Below the pieces are notes generated by a model. That model was not told the origin of the DNA. It ran no database searches and saw only the letters and a list, made by a program, of their open reading frames with translations. A stretch of 64,000 nt of DNA from contig OZ024750.1 of assembly GCA_964016885.1 (NCBI GenBank), positions 41,354,001 to 41,418,000 of the forward strand, written 5' to 3'. The DNA is from Eledone cirrhosa. Lineage: Eukaryota. Positions within the stretch are counted from its first letter, which is position 1. Every line of letters begins with the position of its first letter. A program made the position numbers and the translations under genes. Shown one piece after another: positions 24,156-37,227 of this stretch.

Positions 24156-24640
24156 CCCTTTAACATTTACATATATACACCGGGTGATGTGTTGTTTCCT
24201 TGAGCAAGACACTTTATTTCACATTGCTCCAGTTTACTCAGCTGTAGAAATGAGATGATAGGGACTGGACTGGGGTCCCTATCATTCCACTGCAAAGTGG
24301 TCGTGGAGGTGCCACGGCAAAACAGCACCCAGCCCACACTGTAAAGTGGATGTGTAGGCGCCACGGAAAAAAGCACCCAGCACTCACTGTAAATGAGGTT
24401 GGTGTTAGGAAGGGCATCCAGCTGTAGAAATCAAACCAGAATCAGTTCTCATCCCACCCTTGCAAGCAGGGAAAAACGGAGGACGTAAAATGATGATGAT
24501 GATTACTCTATATTTACTGTTGTATTTTCATGGGAAACATTTTATCTCACATAATATCAAATCTATAAGATTTTGATATTACATATTTTGAGAACAATAC
24601 CTTAACATAAGTATGAGCAGCCAGTTTAAATGCTAAACAG
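24156..24640 (+). mobile_element. piggyBac-type MITE interrupted by a 5'-truncated SINE A (24179-24502)
   Basis: CCCTTTAACATTTACAT, then SINE, then ATTACTCTATATTTAC...TTTAAATGCTAAACAG-TTAA. Confidence 0.75.
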
Positions 24641-24959
24641 TTAATCTTCTTTTATTGATTCTGATAGGATGAATGACAAAGTTGACTACAGTGGAGTTTG
24701 AACTCAGAGTACAGAGAACCAGAAGAATTGTTAAGAACATTCAGCCTGCTACCTTAACAATTCTGGCAATTTGCTTCCAATATATAAAGAACTCACCTTC
24801 TAATGTTCTTTTATTCCTGTTTGTCAATGTTGATCAACAAATAACATATATTCTAATAACACAAATCTTCCTACTCTGATCTCAAGGGAGACTGATGCTA
24901 TCATACTATCAGCTGATCCTTCCTTAACACTTTATTTAGCTCTATTAACACTTTAGCAT

Positions 24960-25525
24960 TCACATTACTCTAATTATACTATTGTAATTTCATGGTAAAG
25001 GGTTTACCTCATATAACATTTACATTACTCTATATATACTATTGTATTTTCACAGTAAAGGCTTTACCCCACATAATATCTCACATAATATTTACATTAC
25101 TCTATATATACTATTGTATTTTCACAGTAAAGGCTTTACCTCACATAATATCTCACATAACATTTATATTACTCTATATATAGTATTGTATTTTCACAGT
25201 AAAGGCTTTACCTCACATAATATCTCACATAACATTTACATTACTCTATATATACTATTGTATTTTCACAGTAAAGCCTTTACCTCACATAATATCTCAC
25301 ATAACATTTATATTACTCTATATATACTATTGTATTTTCACAGTAAAGGCTTTACCTCACATAATATCTCACATAACATTTACATTTACTTTATATATAC
25401 TATTGTATTTTCACAGTAAAGGCTTTACCTCACATAATATCTCACATAACATTTACATTTACTTTATATATACTATTGTATTTTCACAGTAAAGGCTTTA
25501 CTTCACATAATATCTCACATAACAT
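24960..25525 (+). repeat. MITE-derived 60/72-bp minisatellite (~8 units)
   Basis: 72-bp unit TTACATTACTCTATATATACTATTGTATTTTCACAGTAAAGGCTTTACCTCACATAATATCTCACATAACAT. Confidence 0.92.
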
Positions 25526-25735
25526 CTCGTATACGAGAGACGTGTGTTGACGTGTGTGAACAAGCTCGGCTACCGAGTCGGATTTACTTACTCAAAAAGT
25601 GAGTTTTGATTAATTTTTTATACTGTAATATACGTTAACCCCTTGCCTTGGTCGTCAAACTTTGAGTTTATTTATTTTCGCCCCTTTTTGGGGCGAATTT
25701 TCCAGTTAAAAATTTATTACGGCAAACTAATAGAA

Positions 25736-27462
25736 ATGGACGGAATTTTCACATCTCATCCTAACGTGAAAGCCACGCCCCCTAAGAAAGGTGATACAGA
25801 GAAGCTAGAAGCACAAGGCTCTAAGTCTTCCCTCCTCACTTCTGCAAAAGAAACATGGAACACGGAATTAAAAGAAAAATTTGTAAAAATGGGTGAAAAC
25901 CCAGAAAGTCACATAAACGCAGACAAAAACAACAACGATAATAACAGCAATAGTCACAACACCAACCAAGGAAAAAATAACGATAACACCAAACAAAGCG
26001 AACCCACTACTGGTGCCTCCTTTGCACAGGCGGTCCGGAAAACACAAACCTGCAAGCAACTGGACATTACAACTCTGAGAGAAAAGATGAAGGAAGCGAA
26101 ACAGTATGTAACTTTCAAAGAAGGAGGAGACTTCACAATCACCTCCCCACAAGAAATCAAAAGAGACACGACGCTAAGAACGATATCTTTCAGAACAATT
26201 TCCAACATAACAAGGAAACCAACTCAATTATCCCAAAAAGAGATTGAGTTGGTCCTAAAAAATGTGTGGAGTGATATATCGTTCATACAAAAAGGGCCAC
26301 TCTATGGGAATATAACGGTCCTAATGAAGGATCAATTGACGGCCAGGAAATACTCTGTGGCACCAATTGTTTCCAAGCTACATACATTTTTCCCCACATA
26401 TTTAGGGAAAAGAACGCAGAAGATAAGGGTTTCCGGAATCCGGCCAAATGCATGCATTTCCTGGGTACTAACAGGATTTTTAGAAGACGAGGACGGAATC
26501 CTCTCAGTAGGAGAAGTCACCACAGACGTTTTCGGCGGTTTGAGCGTGGAGGTTCTGGTCCAAATGAAACCAGAACGAATAGCTAGAATACCACAGAGGG
26601 TGTCCCTCGATGGAGAAACATTTATATATATTTCAGCTGAGGGTAGGAGGCCCATATGTTACTACTGTTCAAGCAGGGGTCATCTAAGGGCTGCTTGTCC
26701 TCAATTGACAAAAAAAAAGGCTCTTTTGCCTACACCCCACACACCACCACCGCCACCACCACCACCACCACCACCACAACAACAACAAAAACAACACGGA
26801 AAAATAACACAAGACACGGCCCCACCCAAAACAACTCCCAAAACACACACAAATACAACAAAACCCCAAAATACACCACTACCCGACAGCACGGACGAGG
26901 GCCCAGCGGAAACGGCACCTAGTGACGAAGAGGGGGAACCCTTCCAACCTGTAAAAAGGAAAAAAAGAAAGCACCACTCGAACATAAACGAAACAAACAC
27001 ACAACCACCAACAAAAACAAAACAAACAGAACAAACAAAATCCGCCCCACCCCAAAACATAACACATACAACAAAACGTAAGCACACACAAGAACAACAA
27101 ACAAACACAACACAAATAAAACAGTATACATACATTAACACAAATAACAAAGAACTAGTAAAAACAATACACAAAGACCCTTTGGTGGAAACTGAAGTGA
27201 ATTCTTTGCAAGCGCGGCCAACAAACCGCATTTAAAAATGATAAGACTCCCAATGGACACCTATGCAAAACTAAGAGAGAACTTTCCTGAGGACGTGGGG
27301 AAAACATGTACTCGACCCTATAACCGCGTCCTCTTGAAACGTTTCCCCACCCACACCTCACCAAACACCCCCACTCCACCACAGAACAACACCCCACCAA
27401 ACAACCCCTCCAATACGCCCATGGATATTGTGCAACCTGCTCCTCAGGAGCCGAACAGGTAG
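25736..27462 (+). pseudogene. Tx1 ORF1 (CCHC zinc knuckle), frameshifted
   Basis: CYYCSSRGHLRAAC. GAAGTGAATTC versus GAAGGACAATTC in copy 3 (1-nt loss). Confidence 0.9.
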
Positions 27463-27483
27463 GTCCTTCCTCTTTTAACCAAC

Positions 27484-30400
27484 ATGGCTGATATAAGAGT
27501 TGGGTGTCTGAATGTACGTGGCCTGGGACTGTCTTGGAAACAAGGCAAACTTTTAAACGATCTCAGGTCGCATAGAATGGATGTAATGGCTATTTGCGAG
27601 TCCAGGATCAGCAGCGAGCACCAACTGGCGCCCCTCTTCGACGACTTTGAGATCTTCGCATCTCTCTGTCAACCGGGGGGTGGGGGTGGAGTTGTCGTTC
27701 TGCTGCGAAAACACCTGGGCCTCGCCATACAGAAGGTGCACCTGGACCCGGAGGGTCGACTGGTGGTTTTAGACGTCGGCAGTAGTGAAAGTGGAGCCCT
27801 TAGACTAATAGCTGTGTACGCCCCTTTTTGGGCAGCGCGGCCGGAATACTTCCAACGTCTGGAAACTTTTCTGGGAACGTCCCGCTCCTTGCTTTTAGTG
27901 GGGGACTGGAATGGTATCCTGGATGCACGTTGGGACTATGTAGGGGCATGTGCCAATAGAGGGGGGTGTAAAAGCCTCAAAAGGTTAATCGGCCGATTTG
28001 ACCTGGCCGATAGATATCGACTAGATTTTCCGACTGTACCACTATGGACGTGGACCAATCGCAGTGGAACATCTAGGTCGTACCTAGATAGGGTCCTAGT
28101 TAGAGAGAACGATAGGGACACATTTAGCTGTCCAAAAATGTTCATGGTTGACTATTCGGATCACAAGTTAGTGACCTGCATAGCCAACCTTGATAGAACC
28201 CATAGACAGGGACCCGGTTACTGGAAGCTGAACTTGTCCTTACCGAGAAGCAAAGCTTACAGTAAACGGATTAGCACGTTAGTTAAGCAGAGTTTGACAG
28301 GGGCAATTGTCAACAACAGGTGGTGGAGCTCTCTTAAGAGAGCAATTAGAATAGAATCGATAGGTTTTAGTCAAGAATTAGCAAGGGATAGGAACAAGAC
28401 GGAAAGGGAATTAGTAGATAGAGTAGAAGAGGCGATTAGGAGTGGCAATGTAGCCGGCGTGCTGGCATCAAGAATGGCCTTAGACCAGTTCTTTGAGGTG
28501 AAGCATGAAGGCTGCGTTGTCAGGAGTAAAATACGTGCTCTGGGTAATGAGGGAGCCAAAGCTGTGAGCTGGGCCCGAGTGACAGAGGCAAAAAGTGGGA
28601 ACAAGTCCACGATTCGGTCTTTGAAGGACCAGGATGGGCGTGTGATCCTTGAACCTGGGCAGATGTGTGCGGCCTTTCAGCGGCACTTTGCACGACTGTT
28701 CGAGAGGGGCGGCGCGCCGGGTGAGACTATGGATTTCAATCCATACCTCGACGGTCTGCCGCGCCTCTCGGACGCGGAGGCGAAGTCCTGCGAAAGGACG
28801 ATTTCTGCTGCTGAGATAGGGGCGGCGCTGAGCCAATGCGGCAAACGCAAATCCCCGGGTCTCGATGGTCTACCATACGAGCTATATGTAGCGATGCCGG
28901 ACTTGTTCTCCGATATCCTCGAAGCGGTCTACTGCAACTGGCAGCAGAACGGGAGAATTCCCAGTTCTGTGACCAAGGGCGTAGTTACGCTGGTGAGGAA
29001 GGATGAGAACAAGGGGGATGACATAAGTAACTTCAGACCCATAACTCTGCTAAATACAGAGTTAAAGATTTTGGCCAAGGTGTTAGCGAAGAGGTTGGCG
29101 CTTGTCGTTGGAAACCTGGTGGGAGAAGCGCAGACATGCGCAATCCCGTCCAGGTCCATTCACGACAATCTCCACCTTATGCGATACATCATAGAGAGGG
29201 TAGGGAATGAACCCGGCTTTGGTGGGGCCCTGATCAACTTGGATCAATCTAAAGCTTTCGATAGGGTTGACCATCGTTACCTGGATGCGGTGCTCGCGGC
29301 GGCAGGCTTCGGACCCGTTTTCAGGGGTTGGATTGCTGCGATGCACAGCAGCAACGTCTGCTCAAGGGTCAAGGTGAACGGCCACCTCTCGGAGCCGTTC
29401 CAAATCATGCGATCCATCCGACAGGGATGCCCTCTCTCCTCCCTACTGTATGTGCTGGCTCTTGAGCCACTACTGCGGAAGTTGGAGCGGTTGCAGGGCA
29501 TCCCTTTGGAACCGGGATTGCAGAAAGCGGCGTCGGCCTACGCCGATGACGTGACAGTAATGGTGTCGAAAACCTCGCAAATCGGTGAGATCGGCACCTT
29601 ACTGGAGGAATATGAAAGGTTTACAGGAGCCAAGCTGAACCGGGACAAGTCCGTCGGTTTGCAACTCGGAACATGAAAAGGCAAACCGATGCCCTCCAAC
29701 GACGTCGTCGGACGCTGGACGGAGGGCCCGGTGAAGCTGCTTGGGGTCTGGTTCGGACCAGACCTCCAGGTGGAGAAAAACTGGAACGAGGTAACGGCCA
29801 GGGTGTTTGCACTCACCCAGAAGTGGGCCCAGTGCAAACTATCCCTGAAAGGTCGAGCGGAGGTGGCGAATACTTATATAGCATCCGTCATCTACTACCG
29901 CTTGACCGTCGTGCCTTGCCCAGTGAAAAGACTCGCCAAAATGGAGTGCTCGCTGTTCCAATTTCTTTGGAACAAGCGGACCCCTTTGGTGAGGAGATCC
30001 ATCTGCTGTCAACACCATTCGAAAGGAGGGCTGGGGATGCCGTGGCTACAGATGCGTAAACACGCATTAAGGCTACGGCACCTCCAGGTATTCCTCACCG
30101 GTCAACCGGTGTGGGCCCCGTTTGTGAGGCGAGCCTTTCCCAGACTCGTCTCGCTCACCGAGCTGCAATCCTGGGTCAAGCAAAGACCGAGAAAAGTGGG
30201 CGACTGGCACATTGAATGTGCCCAGGCGCTCACGGCCCTCTGGAAAGCGGACCCGGCAATCAGTGGAGACTCCACCTCGACATTCTATAGAGGGTTGGTA
30301 CGCAGCAGGTGCGACGATGCTCTCGGAGAAGCTCTAGGCATGGAGGAAGATGAACTGGCCAGTCTGTTCGGTAGGACGTTTGGCCCTGGACCGATGGACA

Positions 30401-30921
30401 ACTTCCAAAAGTCCCTGGCTTGGCAGTGCTACCGAGGGGCTCTACCCGTTCGAGACAAGCTCCACAGGCATGGGAGCCTGGGTAGAGATCCTTTGAATAA
30501 GATCTGTCCGAGATGCGTGCATGATGACGAAACCGTTGCGCACGCATTCGTACACTGCCCAGGCATTGCTGACCTGTGGGGCTATGTGGAACGACTACTG
30601 TCGAGGGTGGGACCAATCCGGTTGACCACCGAGTCCATTGTCACGATCAAACCGCCTCCCCCTTTCAAAAACGAAGGAGAGGCGGTTTTTCTCTGTGTGG
30701 TAGCCATGGCTAAAGAAGTTGTATGGTGGACGAGGCTGAAAGGGCTGAGGTCAGACACCTTTCTCTCCGGCCAACAACTGGTCCCCTTTTTCAAATACCA
30801 TTTTAAAAGAAGGATCAGAATGGAGAGAGAGGTGCTCTACCCCAGCAAGTTTTATGAAAGGTGGGTGAAAGTAGGGAGAATGGCCAGAGTGAATGGGTCT
30901 TCTCTCTATATCAGCCTGTAG
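27484..30921 (+). pseudogene. Tx1 ORF2 (APE-RT-CCHC) with one premature stop
   Basis: Colinear with 38992-42429; Trp codon changed to TGA at 29674. Confidence 0.92.
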
Positions 30922-31492
30922 GTGAAAGAAGAGGAAAAAGAGGAGACGAGGGAAGCACCTACTCTTTGTGCTCCTGAGGAGAAGGGTTGCACATTTTTTC
31001 CGGGGTGTGTGCGACGCATGTTAATGCCCCCTCCCTATTGAGGACTTCGTTTGTTGTTGTTATTTCATTGTTATATTTTTGTACTCGTTAATTATATGTA
31101 AACTTCCCCCCTTGTATCTGTCCCTACCTTTTGTGCCCTAGTGGCAAATAAAGAAACCACTCTATATATACTATTGTATTTTCACAGTAAAAGCTTTACC
31201 TCACATAACATTTACATTACTCTATATATACTATTGTATTTTCACTGTAAAGGCTTTACTTCACATAATATCTCACATAACATCTCGTATACGAGAGACG
31301 TGTGTTGACGTGTGTGAACAAGCTCGGCTACCGAGTCGGATTTACTTACTCAAAAGTGAGTTTTGATTAATTTTTTATACTGTAATATACGTTAACCCCT
31401 TGCCTTGGTCGTCAAACCTTGAGTTTATTTATTTTCGCCCCTTTTTGGGGCGAATTTTCCAGTTAAAAACTTATTACGGCAAACTAATAGAA

Positions 31493-33208
31493 ATGGACGG
31501 AATTTTCACATCTCATCCTAACGTGAAAGCCACGCCCCCTAAGAAAGGTGATACAGAGAAGCTAGAAGCACAAGGCTCTAAGTCTTCCCTCCTCACTTCT
31601 GCAAAAGAAACATGGAACACGGAATTAAAAGAAAAATTTGTAAAAATGGGTGAAAACCCAGAAAGTCACATAAACGCAGACAAAAACAACAACGACAATA
31701 ACAGCAATAGTCACAACACCAATCAAGGAAAAAATAACGATAACACCAAACAAAGCGAACCCACTACTGGTGCCTCCTTTGCACAGGCGGTCCGGAAAAC
31801 ACAAACCTGCAAGCAACTGGACATTACAACTCTGAGAGAAAAGATGAAGGAAGCGAAACAGTATGTAACTTTCAAAGAAGGAGGAGACTTCACAATCACC
31901 TCCCCACAAGAAATCAAAAGAGACACGACGCTAAGAACGATATCTTTCAGAACAATTTCCAACATAACAAGGAAACCAGCTCAATTATCCCAAAAAGAGA
32001 TTGAGTTGGTCCTAAAAAATGTGTGGAGTGATATATCGTTCATACAAAAAGGGCCACTCTATGGGAATATAACGGTCCTAATGAAGGATCAATTGACGGC
32101 CAGGAAATACTCTGTGGCGCCAATTGTTTCCAAGCTACATACATTTTCCCCCACATATTTAGGGAAAAGAACGCAGAAAATAAGGGTCTCCGGAATCCGG
32201 CCAAATGCATGCATTTCCTGGGTACTAACAGGATTTTTAGAAGACGAGGACGGAATCCTCTCAGTAGGAGAAGTCACCACAGATGTTTTCGGCGGTTTGA
32301 GCGTGGAGGTTCTGGTCCAAATGAGACCAGAACGAATAGCTAGAATACCACAGAGGGTGTCCCTCGATGGAGAAACATTTATATACATTTCAGCCGAGGG
32401 TAGGAGGCCCATATGTTACTACTGTTCAAGCAGGGGTCATCTAAGGGCTGCTTGTCCTCAATTGACAAAAAAAAAAGCTCTTTTGCCTACACCCCACACA
32501 CCACCACCGCCACCACCACCACCACAACAACAAAAACAACACGGAAAAATAACACAAGACACGGCCCCACCCAAAACAACTCCCAAAACACACACAAATA
32601 CAACAAAACCCCAAAATACACCACTACCCGACAGCACGGACGAGGACCCAGCTGAAACGGCACCTAGTGACGAAGAGGGGGAACCCTTCCAACCTGTAAA
32701 AAGGAAAAAAAGAAAGCACCACTCGAACATAAACGAAACAAACACACAACCACCAACAAAAACAAAACAAACAGAACAAACAAAATCCGCCCCACCCCAA
32801 AACATAACACATACAACAAAACGTAAGCACACACAAGAACAACAAACAAACACAACACAAATAAAACAGTATACATACATTAACACAAATAACAAAGAAC
32901 TAGTAAAAACAATACACAAAGACCCTTCGGTGGAAACTGAAGGGCAATTCTTTGCAAGCGCGGCCAACAAACCGCATTTAAAAATGATAAGACTCCCAAT
33001 GGACACCTATGCAAAACTAAGAGAGAACTTTCCTGAGGACGTGGGGAAAACATGTACTCGACCCTATAACCGCGTCCTCTTGAAACGTTTCCCCACCCAC
33101 ACCTCACCAAACACCCCCACTCCACCACAGAACAACACCCCACCAAACAACCCCTCCAATACGCCCATGGATATTGTGCAACCTGCTCCTCAGGAGCCGA
33201 ACAGGTAG
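31493..33208 (+). CDS. Tx1 ORF1 protein, intact (571 aa from first ATG)
   Basis: ATG of MDGIF; CX2CX4HX4C knuckle; Pro/Thr/Gln-rich C-terminus; KRKKRK basic motif. Confidence 0.85.
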   Translation: MDGIFTSHPNVKATPPKKGDTEKLEAQGSKSSLLTSAKETWNTELKEKFVKMGENPESHINADKNNNDNNSNSHNTNQGKNNDNTKQSEPTTGASFAQAVRKTQTCKQLDITTLREKMKEAKQYVTFKEGGDFTITSPQEIKRDTTLRTISFRTISNITRKPAQLSQKEIELVLKNVWSDISFIQKGPLYGNITVLMKDQLTARKYSVAPIVSKLHTFSPTYLGKRTQKIRVSGIRPNACISWVLTGFLEDEDGILSVGEVTTDVFGGLSVEVLVQMRPERIARIPQRVSLDGETFIYISAEGRRPICYYCSSRGHLRAACPQLTKKKALLPTPHTPPPPPPPPQQQKQHGKITQDTAPPKTTPKTHTNTTKPQNTPLPDSTDEDPAETAPSDEEGEPFQPVKRKKRKHHSNINETNTQPPTKTKQTEQTKSAPPQNITHTTKRKHTQEQQTNTTQIKQYTYINTNNKELVKTIHKDPSVETEGQFFASAANKPHLKMIRLPMDTYAKLRENFPEDVGKTCTRPYNRVLLKRFPTHTSPNTPTPPQNNTPPNNPSNTPMDIVQPAPQEPNR

Positions 33209-33229
33209 GTCCTTCCTCTTTTAACCAAC

Positions 33230-36200
33230 ATGGCTGATATAAGAGTTGGGTGTCTGAATGTACGCGGCCTGGGACTGTCTTGGAAACAAGGCAAACTTTT
33301 AAACGATCTCAGGTCGCATAGAATGGATGTAATGGCTATTTGCGAGTCCAGGATCAGCAGCGAGCACCAACTGGCGCCCCTCTTCGACGACTTTGAGATC
33401 TTCGCATCTCTCTGTCAACCGGGGGGTGGGGGTGGAGTTGTCGTTCTGCTGCGAAAACACCTGGGCCTCGCCATACAGAAGGTGCACCTGGACCCGGAGG
33501 GTCGACTGGTGGTTTTAGACGTCGGCAGTAGTGAAAGTGGAGCCCTTAAACTAATAGCTGTGTACGCCCCTTTTTGGGCAGCGCGGCCGGAATACTTCCA
33601 ATGTCTGAAAACTTTTCTGGGAACGTCCCGCTCCTTGCTTTTAGTGGGGGACTGGAATGGTATCCTGGATGCACGTTGGGACTATGTAGGGGCATGTGCC
33701 AATAGAGGGGGGTGTAAAAGCCTCAAAAGGTTAATCGGCCGATTTGACCTGGCCAATAGATATCGACTAGATTTTCCGACTGTACCACTATGGACGTGGA
33801 CCAATCGCAGTGGAACATCTAGGTCGTACCTAGATAGGGTCCTAGTTAGAGAGAACGATAGGGACACATTTAGCTGTCCAAAAATGTTCATGGTTGACTA
33901 TTCGGATCACAAGTTAGTGACCTGCATAGCCAACCTTGATAGAACCCATAGACAGGGACCCGGTTACTGGAAGCTGAACTTGTCCTTACCGAGAAGCAAA
34001 GCTTACAGTAAACGGATTAGCACGTTAGTTAAGCAGAGTTTGACAGGGGCAATTGTCAACAACAGGTGGTGGAGCTCTCTTAAGAGAGCAATTAGAATAG
34101 AATCGATAGGTTTTAGTCAAGAATTAGCAAGGGATAGGAACAAGACGGAAAGGGAATTAGTAGATAGAGTAGAAGAGGCGATTAGGAGTGGCAATGTAGC
34201 CGGCGTGCTGGCATCAAGAATGGCCTTAGACCAGTTCTTTGAGGTGAAGCATGAAGGCTGCGTTGTCAGGAGTAAAATACGTGCTCTGGGTAATGAGGGA
34301 GCCAAAGCTGTGAGCTGGGCCCGAGTGACAGAGGCAAAAAGTGGGAACAAGTCCACGATTCGGTCTTTGAAGGACCAGGATGGGCGTGTGATCCTTGAAC
34401 CTGGGCAGATGTGTGCGGCCTTTCAGCGGCACTTTGCACGACTGTTCGAGAGGGGCGGCGCGCCGGGTGAGACTATGGATTTCAATCCATACCTCGACGG
34501 TCTGCCGCACCTCTCGGACGCGGAGGCGAAGTCCTGCGAAAGGACGATTTCAGCTGCTGAGATAGGGGCGGCGCTGAGCCAATGCGGCAAACGCAAATCC
34601 CCGGGTCTCGATGGTCTACCATACGAGCTATATGTAGCGATGCCGGACTTGTTCTCTGATATCCTCGAAGCGGTCTACTGCAACTGGCAGCAGAATGGGA
34701 GAATTCCCAGTTCTGTGAACAAGGGCGTAGTTACGCTGGTGAGGAAGGATGAGAACAAGGGGATGACATAAGTAACTTCAGGCCCATAACTCTGCTAAAT
34801 ACAGAGTTAAAGATTTTGGCCAAGGTCTTAGCGAAGAGGTTGGCGCTTGTCGTTGGAAACCTGGTGGGAGAAGCGCAGACATGCGCAATCCCGTCCAGGT
34901 CCATTCACGACAATCTCCACCTTATGCGATACATCATAGAGAGGGTAGGGGCCCTGATCAACTTGGATCAATCTAAAGCTTTCGATAGGGTTGACCATCG
35001 TTACCTGGATGCGGTGCTCGCGGCGGCAGGCTTCGGACCCGTTTTCAGGGGTTGGATTGCTGCGATGCACAGCAGCAACGTCTGCTCAAGGGTCAAGGTG
35101 AATGGCCACCTCTCGGAGCCGTTCCAAATCATGCGATCCATCCGACAGGGATGCCCTCTCTCCTCACTACTGTATGTGCTGGCTCCTGAGCCACTACTGC
35201 GGAAGTTGTAGCGGTTGCAGGGCATCCCTTTGGAACCGGGATTGCAGAAAGCGGCGTCGGCCTACGCCGATGACGTGACAGTAATGGTGTCGAAAACCTC
35301 GCAAATCGGTGAGATCGGCACCTTACTGGAGGAATATGAAAGGTTTACAGGAGCCAAGCTGAACCGGGACAAGTCCGTCGGTTTGCAACTCGGAACATAG
35401 AGAGGCAAACCGATGTCCTCCAACGACGTCGTCGGACGCTGGACGGAGGGCCCGGTGAAGCTGCTTGGGGTCTGGTTCGGACCAGACCTCCAGTTGGAGA
35501 AAAACTGGAACGAAGTAACGGCCAGGGTGTTTGCACTCACCCAGAAGTGGGCCCAGTGCAAACTATCCCTGAAAGGTCGAGCGGAGGTGGCGAATACTTA
35601 TATAGCATCCGTCATCTACTACCGCTTGACCGTCGTGCCTTGCCCAGTGAAAAGACTCGCCAAAATGGAGTGCACGCTGTTCCAATTTCTTTGGAACAAG
35701 CGGACCCCTTTGGTGAGGAGATCCATCTGCTGTCAACACCCTTCGAAAGGAGGGCTGGGGATGCCGTGGCTACAGATGCGTAAACACGCATTAAGGCTAC
35801 TGCACCTCCAGGTATTCCTCACCGGTCAACCGGTGTGGGCCCCGTTTGTGAGGCGAGCCTTTCCCAAACTCATCTCGCTCACCGAGCTGCAATCCTGGGT
35901 CAAGCAAAGACCGAGAAAAGTGGGCGACTGGCACATTGAATGTGCGCAGGTGCTCACGGCCCTCTGGAAAGCGGACCCGGCAATCAGTGAAGACTCCACC
36001 TCGACATTCTATAGAGGGTTGGTACGCAGCAGGTGCGACGATGCTCTCGGAGAAGCTCTAGGCATGGAGGAAGATGAACTGGCCAGTCTGTTCGGTAGGA
36101 CGTTTGGCCCTGGACCGATGGACAACTTCCAAAAGTCCCTGGCTTGGCAGTGCTACCGAGGGGCTCTACCCGTTCGAGACAAGCTCCACAGGCATGGGAG

Positions 36201-36645
36201 CCTGGGTAGAGATCCTTTGAATAAGATCTGTCCGAGATGCGTGCATGATGACGAAACCGTTGCGCACGCATTCGTACACTGCCCAGGCATTGCTGACCTG
36301 TGGGGCTATGTGGAACGACTACTGTCGAGGGTGGGACCAATCCGGTTGACCACCGAGTCCATTGTCACGATCAAACCGCCTCCCCCTTTCAAAAACGAAG
36401 GAGAGGCGGTTTTTCTCTGTGTGGTAGCCATGGCTAAAGAAGTTGTATGGTGGACGAGGCTGAAAGGGCTGAGGTCAGACACCTTTCTCTCCGGCCAACA
36501 ACTGGTCCCCTTTTTCAAATACCATTTTAAAAGAAGGATCAGAATGGAGAGAGAGGTGCTCTACCCCAGCAAGTTTTATGAAAGGTGGGTGAAAGTAGGT
36601 AGAATGGCCAGAGTGAATGGGTCTTCTCTCTATATCAGCCTGTAG
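33230..36645 (+). pseudogene. Tx1 ORF2, disrupted
   Basis: Fragments 33230-34771, 34816-35211, 35215-35400 and 35413-36645 are colinear with the intact ORF2. Confidence 0.92.
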
Positions 36646-37227
36646 GTGAAAGAAGAGGAAAAAGAGGAGACGAGGGAAGCACCTACTCTTTGTGCTCCTG
36701 AGGAGAAGGGTTGCACATTTTTTCCGGGGTGTGTGCGACCCATGTTAATGCCCCCTCCCTATTGAGGACTTCGTTTGTTGTTGTTATTTCATTGTTATAT
36801 TTTTGTACTCGTTAATTATATGTAAACTTCCTCCCTTGTATCTGTCCCTACCTTTTGTGCCCTAGTGGCAAATAAAGAAACTACTCTATATATACTATTG
36901 TATTTTCACAGTAAAGGCTTTACCTCAATATCTCACATAACATTTACATTTACTTTATATATACTATTATATTTTCACAGTAAAGGCTTTACCTCACATA
37001 ATATCTCACATAACATCTCGTATACGAGAGACGTGTGTTGACGTGTGTGAACAAGCTCGGCTACCGAGTCGGATTTACTTACTCAAAAAGTGAGTTTTGA
37101 TTAATTTTTTTATACTGTAATATACGTTAACCCCTTGCCTTGGTCGTCAAACTTTGAGTTTATTTATTTTCGCCCCTTTTTGGGGCGAATTTTCCAGTTA
37201 AAAATTTATTACGGCAAACTAATAGAA

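Larger units (their letters stand above)
25526..31157 (+). mobile_element. Tx1/L1-clade non-LTR retrotransposon, copy 1 (full length, defective)
   Basis: 5' CTCGTATACGAGAG, 3' GGCAAATAAAGAAAC. ORF1 frameshift near 27197; ORF2 TGA at 29674-29676. Confidence 0.95.
31284..36881 (+). mobile_element. Tx1 copy 2 (full length, ORF2 multiply disrupted)
   Basis: Same junctions as copy 1. ORF2 has a 1-nt deletion at ~34760, a 21-bp deletion at ~34950, and stops at 35209 and 35398. Confidence 0.95.

Noticed and set aside
25643-25735. 31-aa N-terminal extension of ORF1 (MPWSS...) and the many short antisense ORFs inside Tx1
   Set aside because: The extension starts at TTG; the first ATG is MDGIF. Antisense ORFs recur only because the copies are nearly identical.
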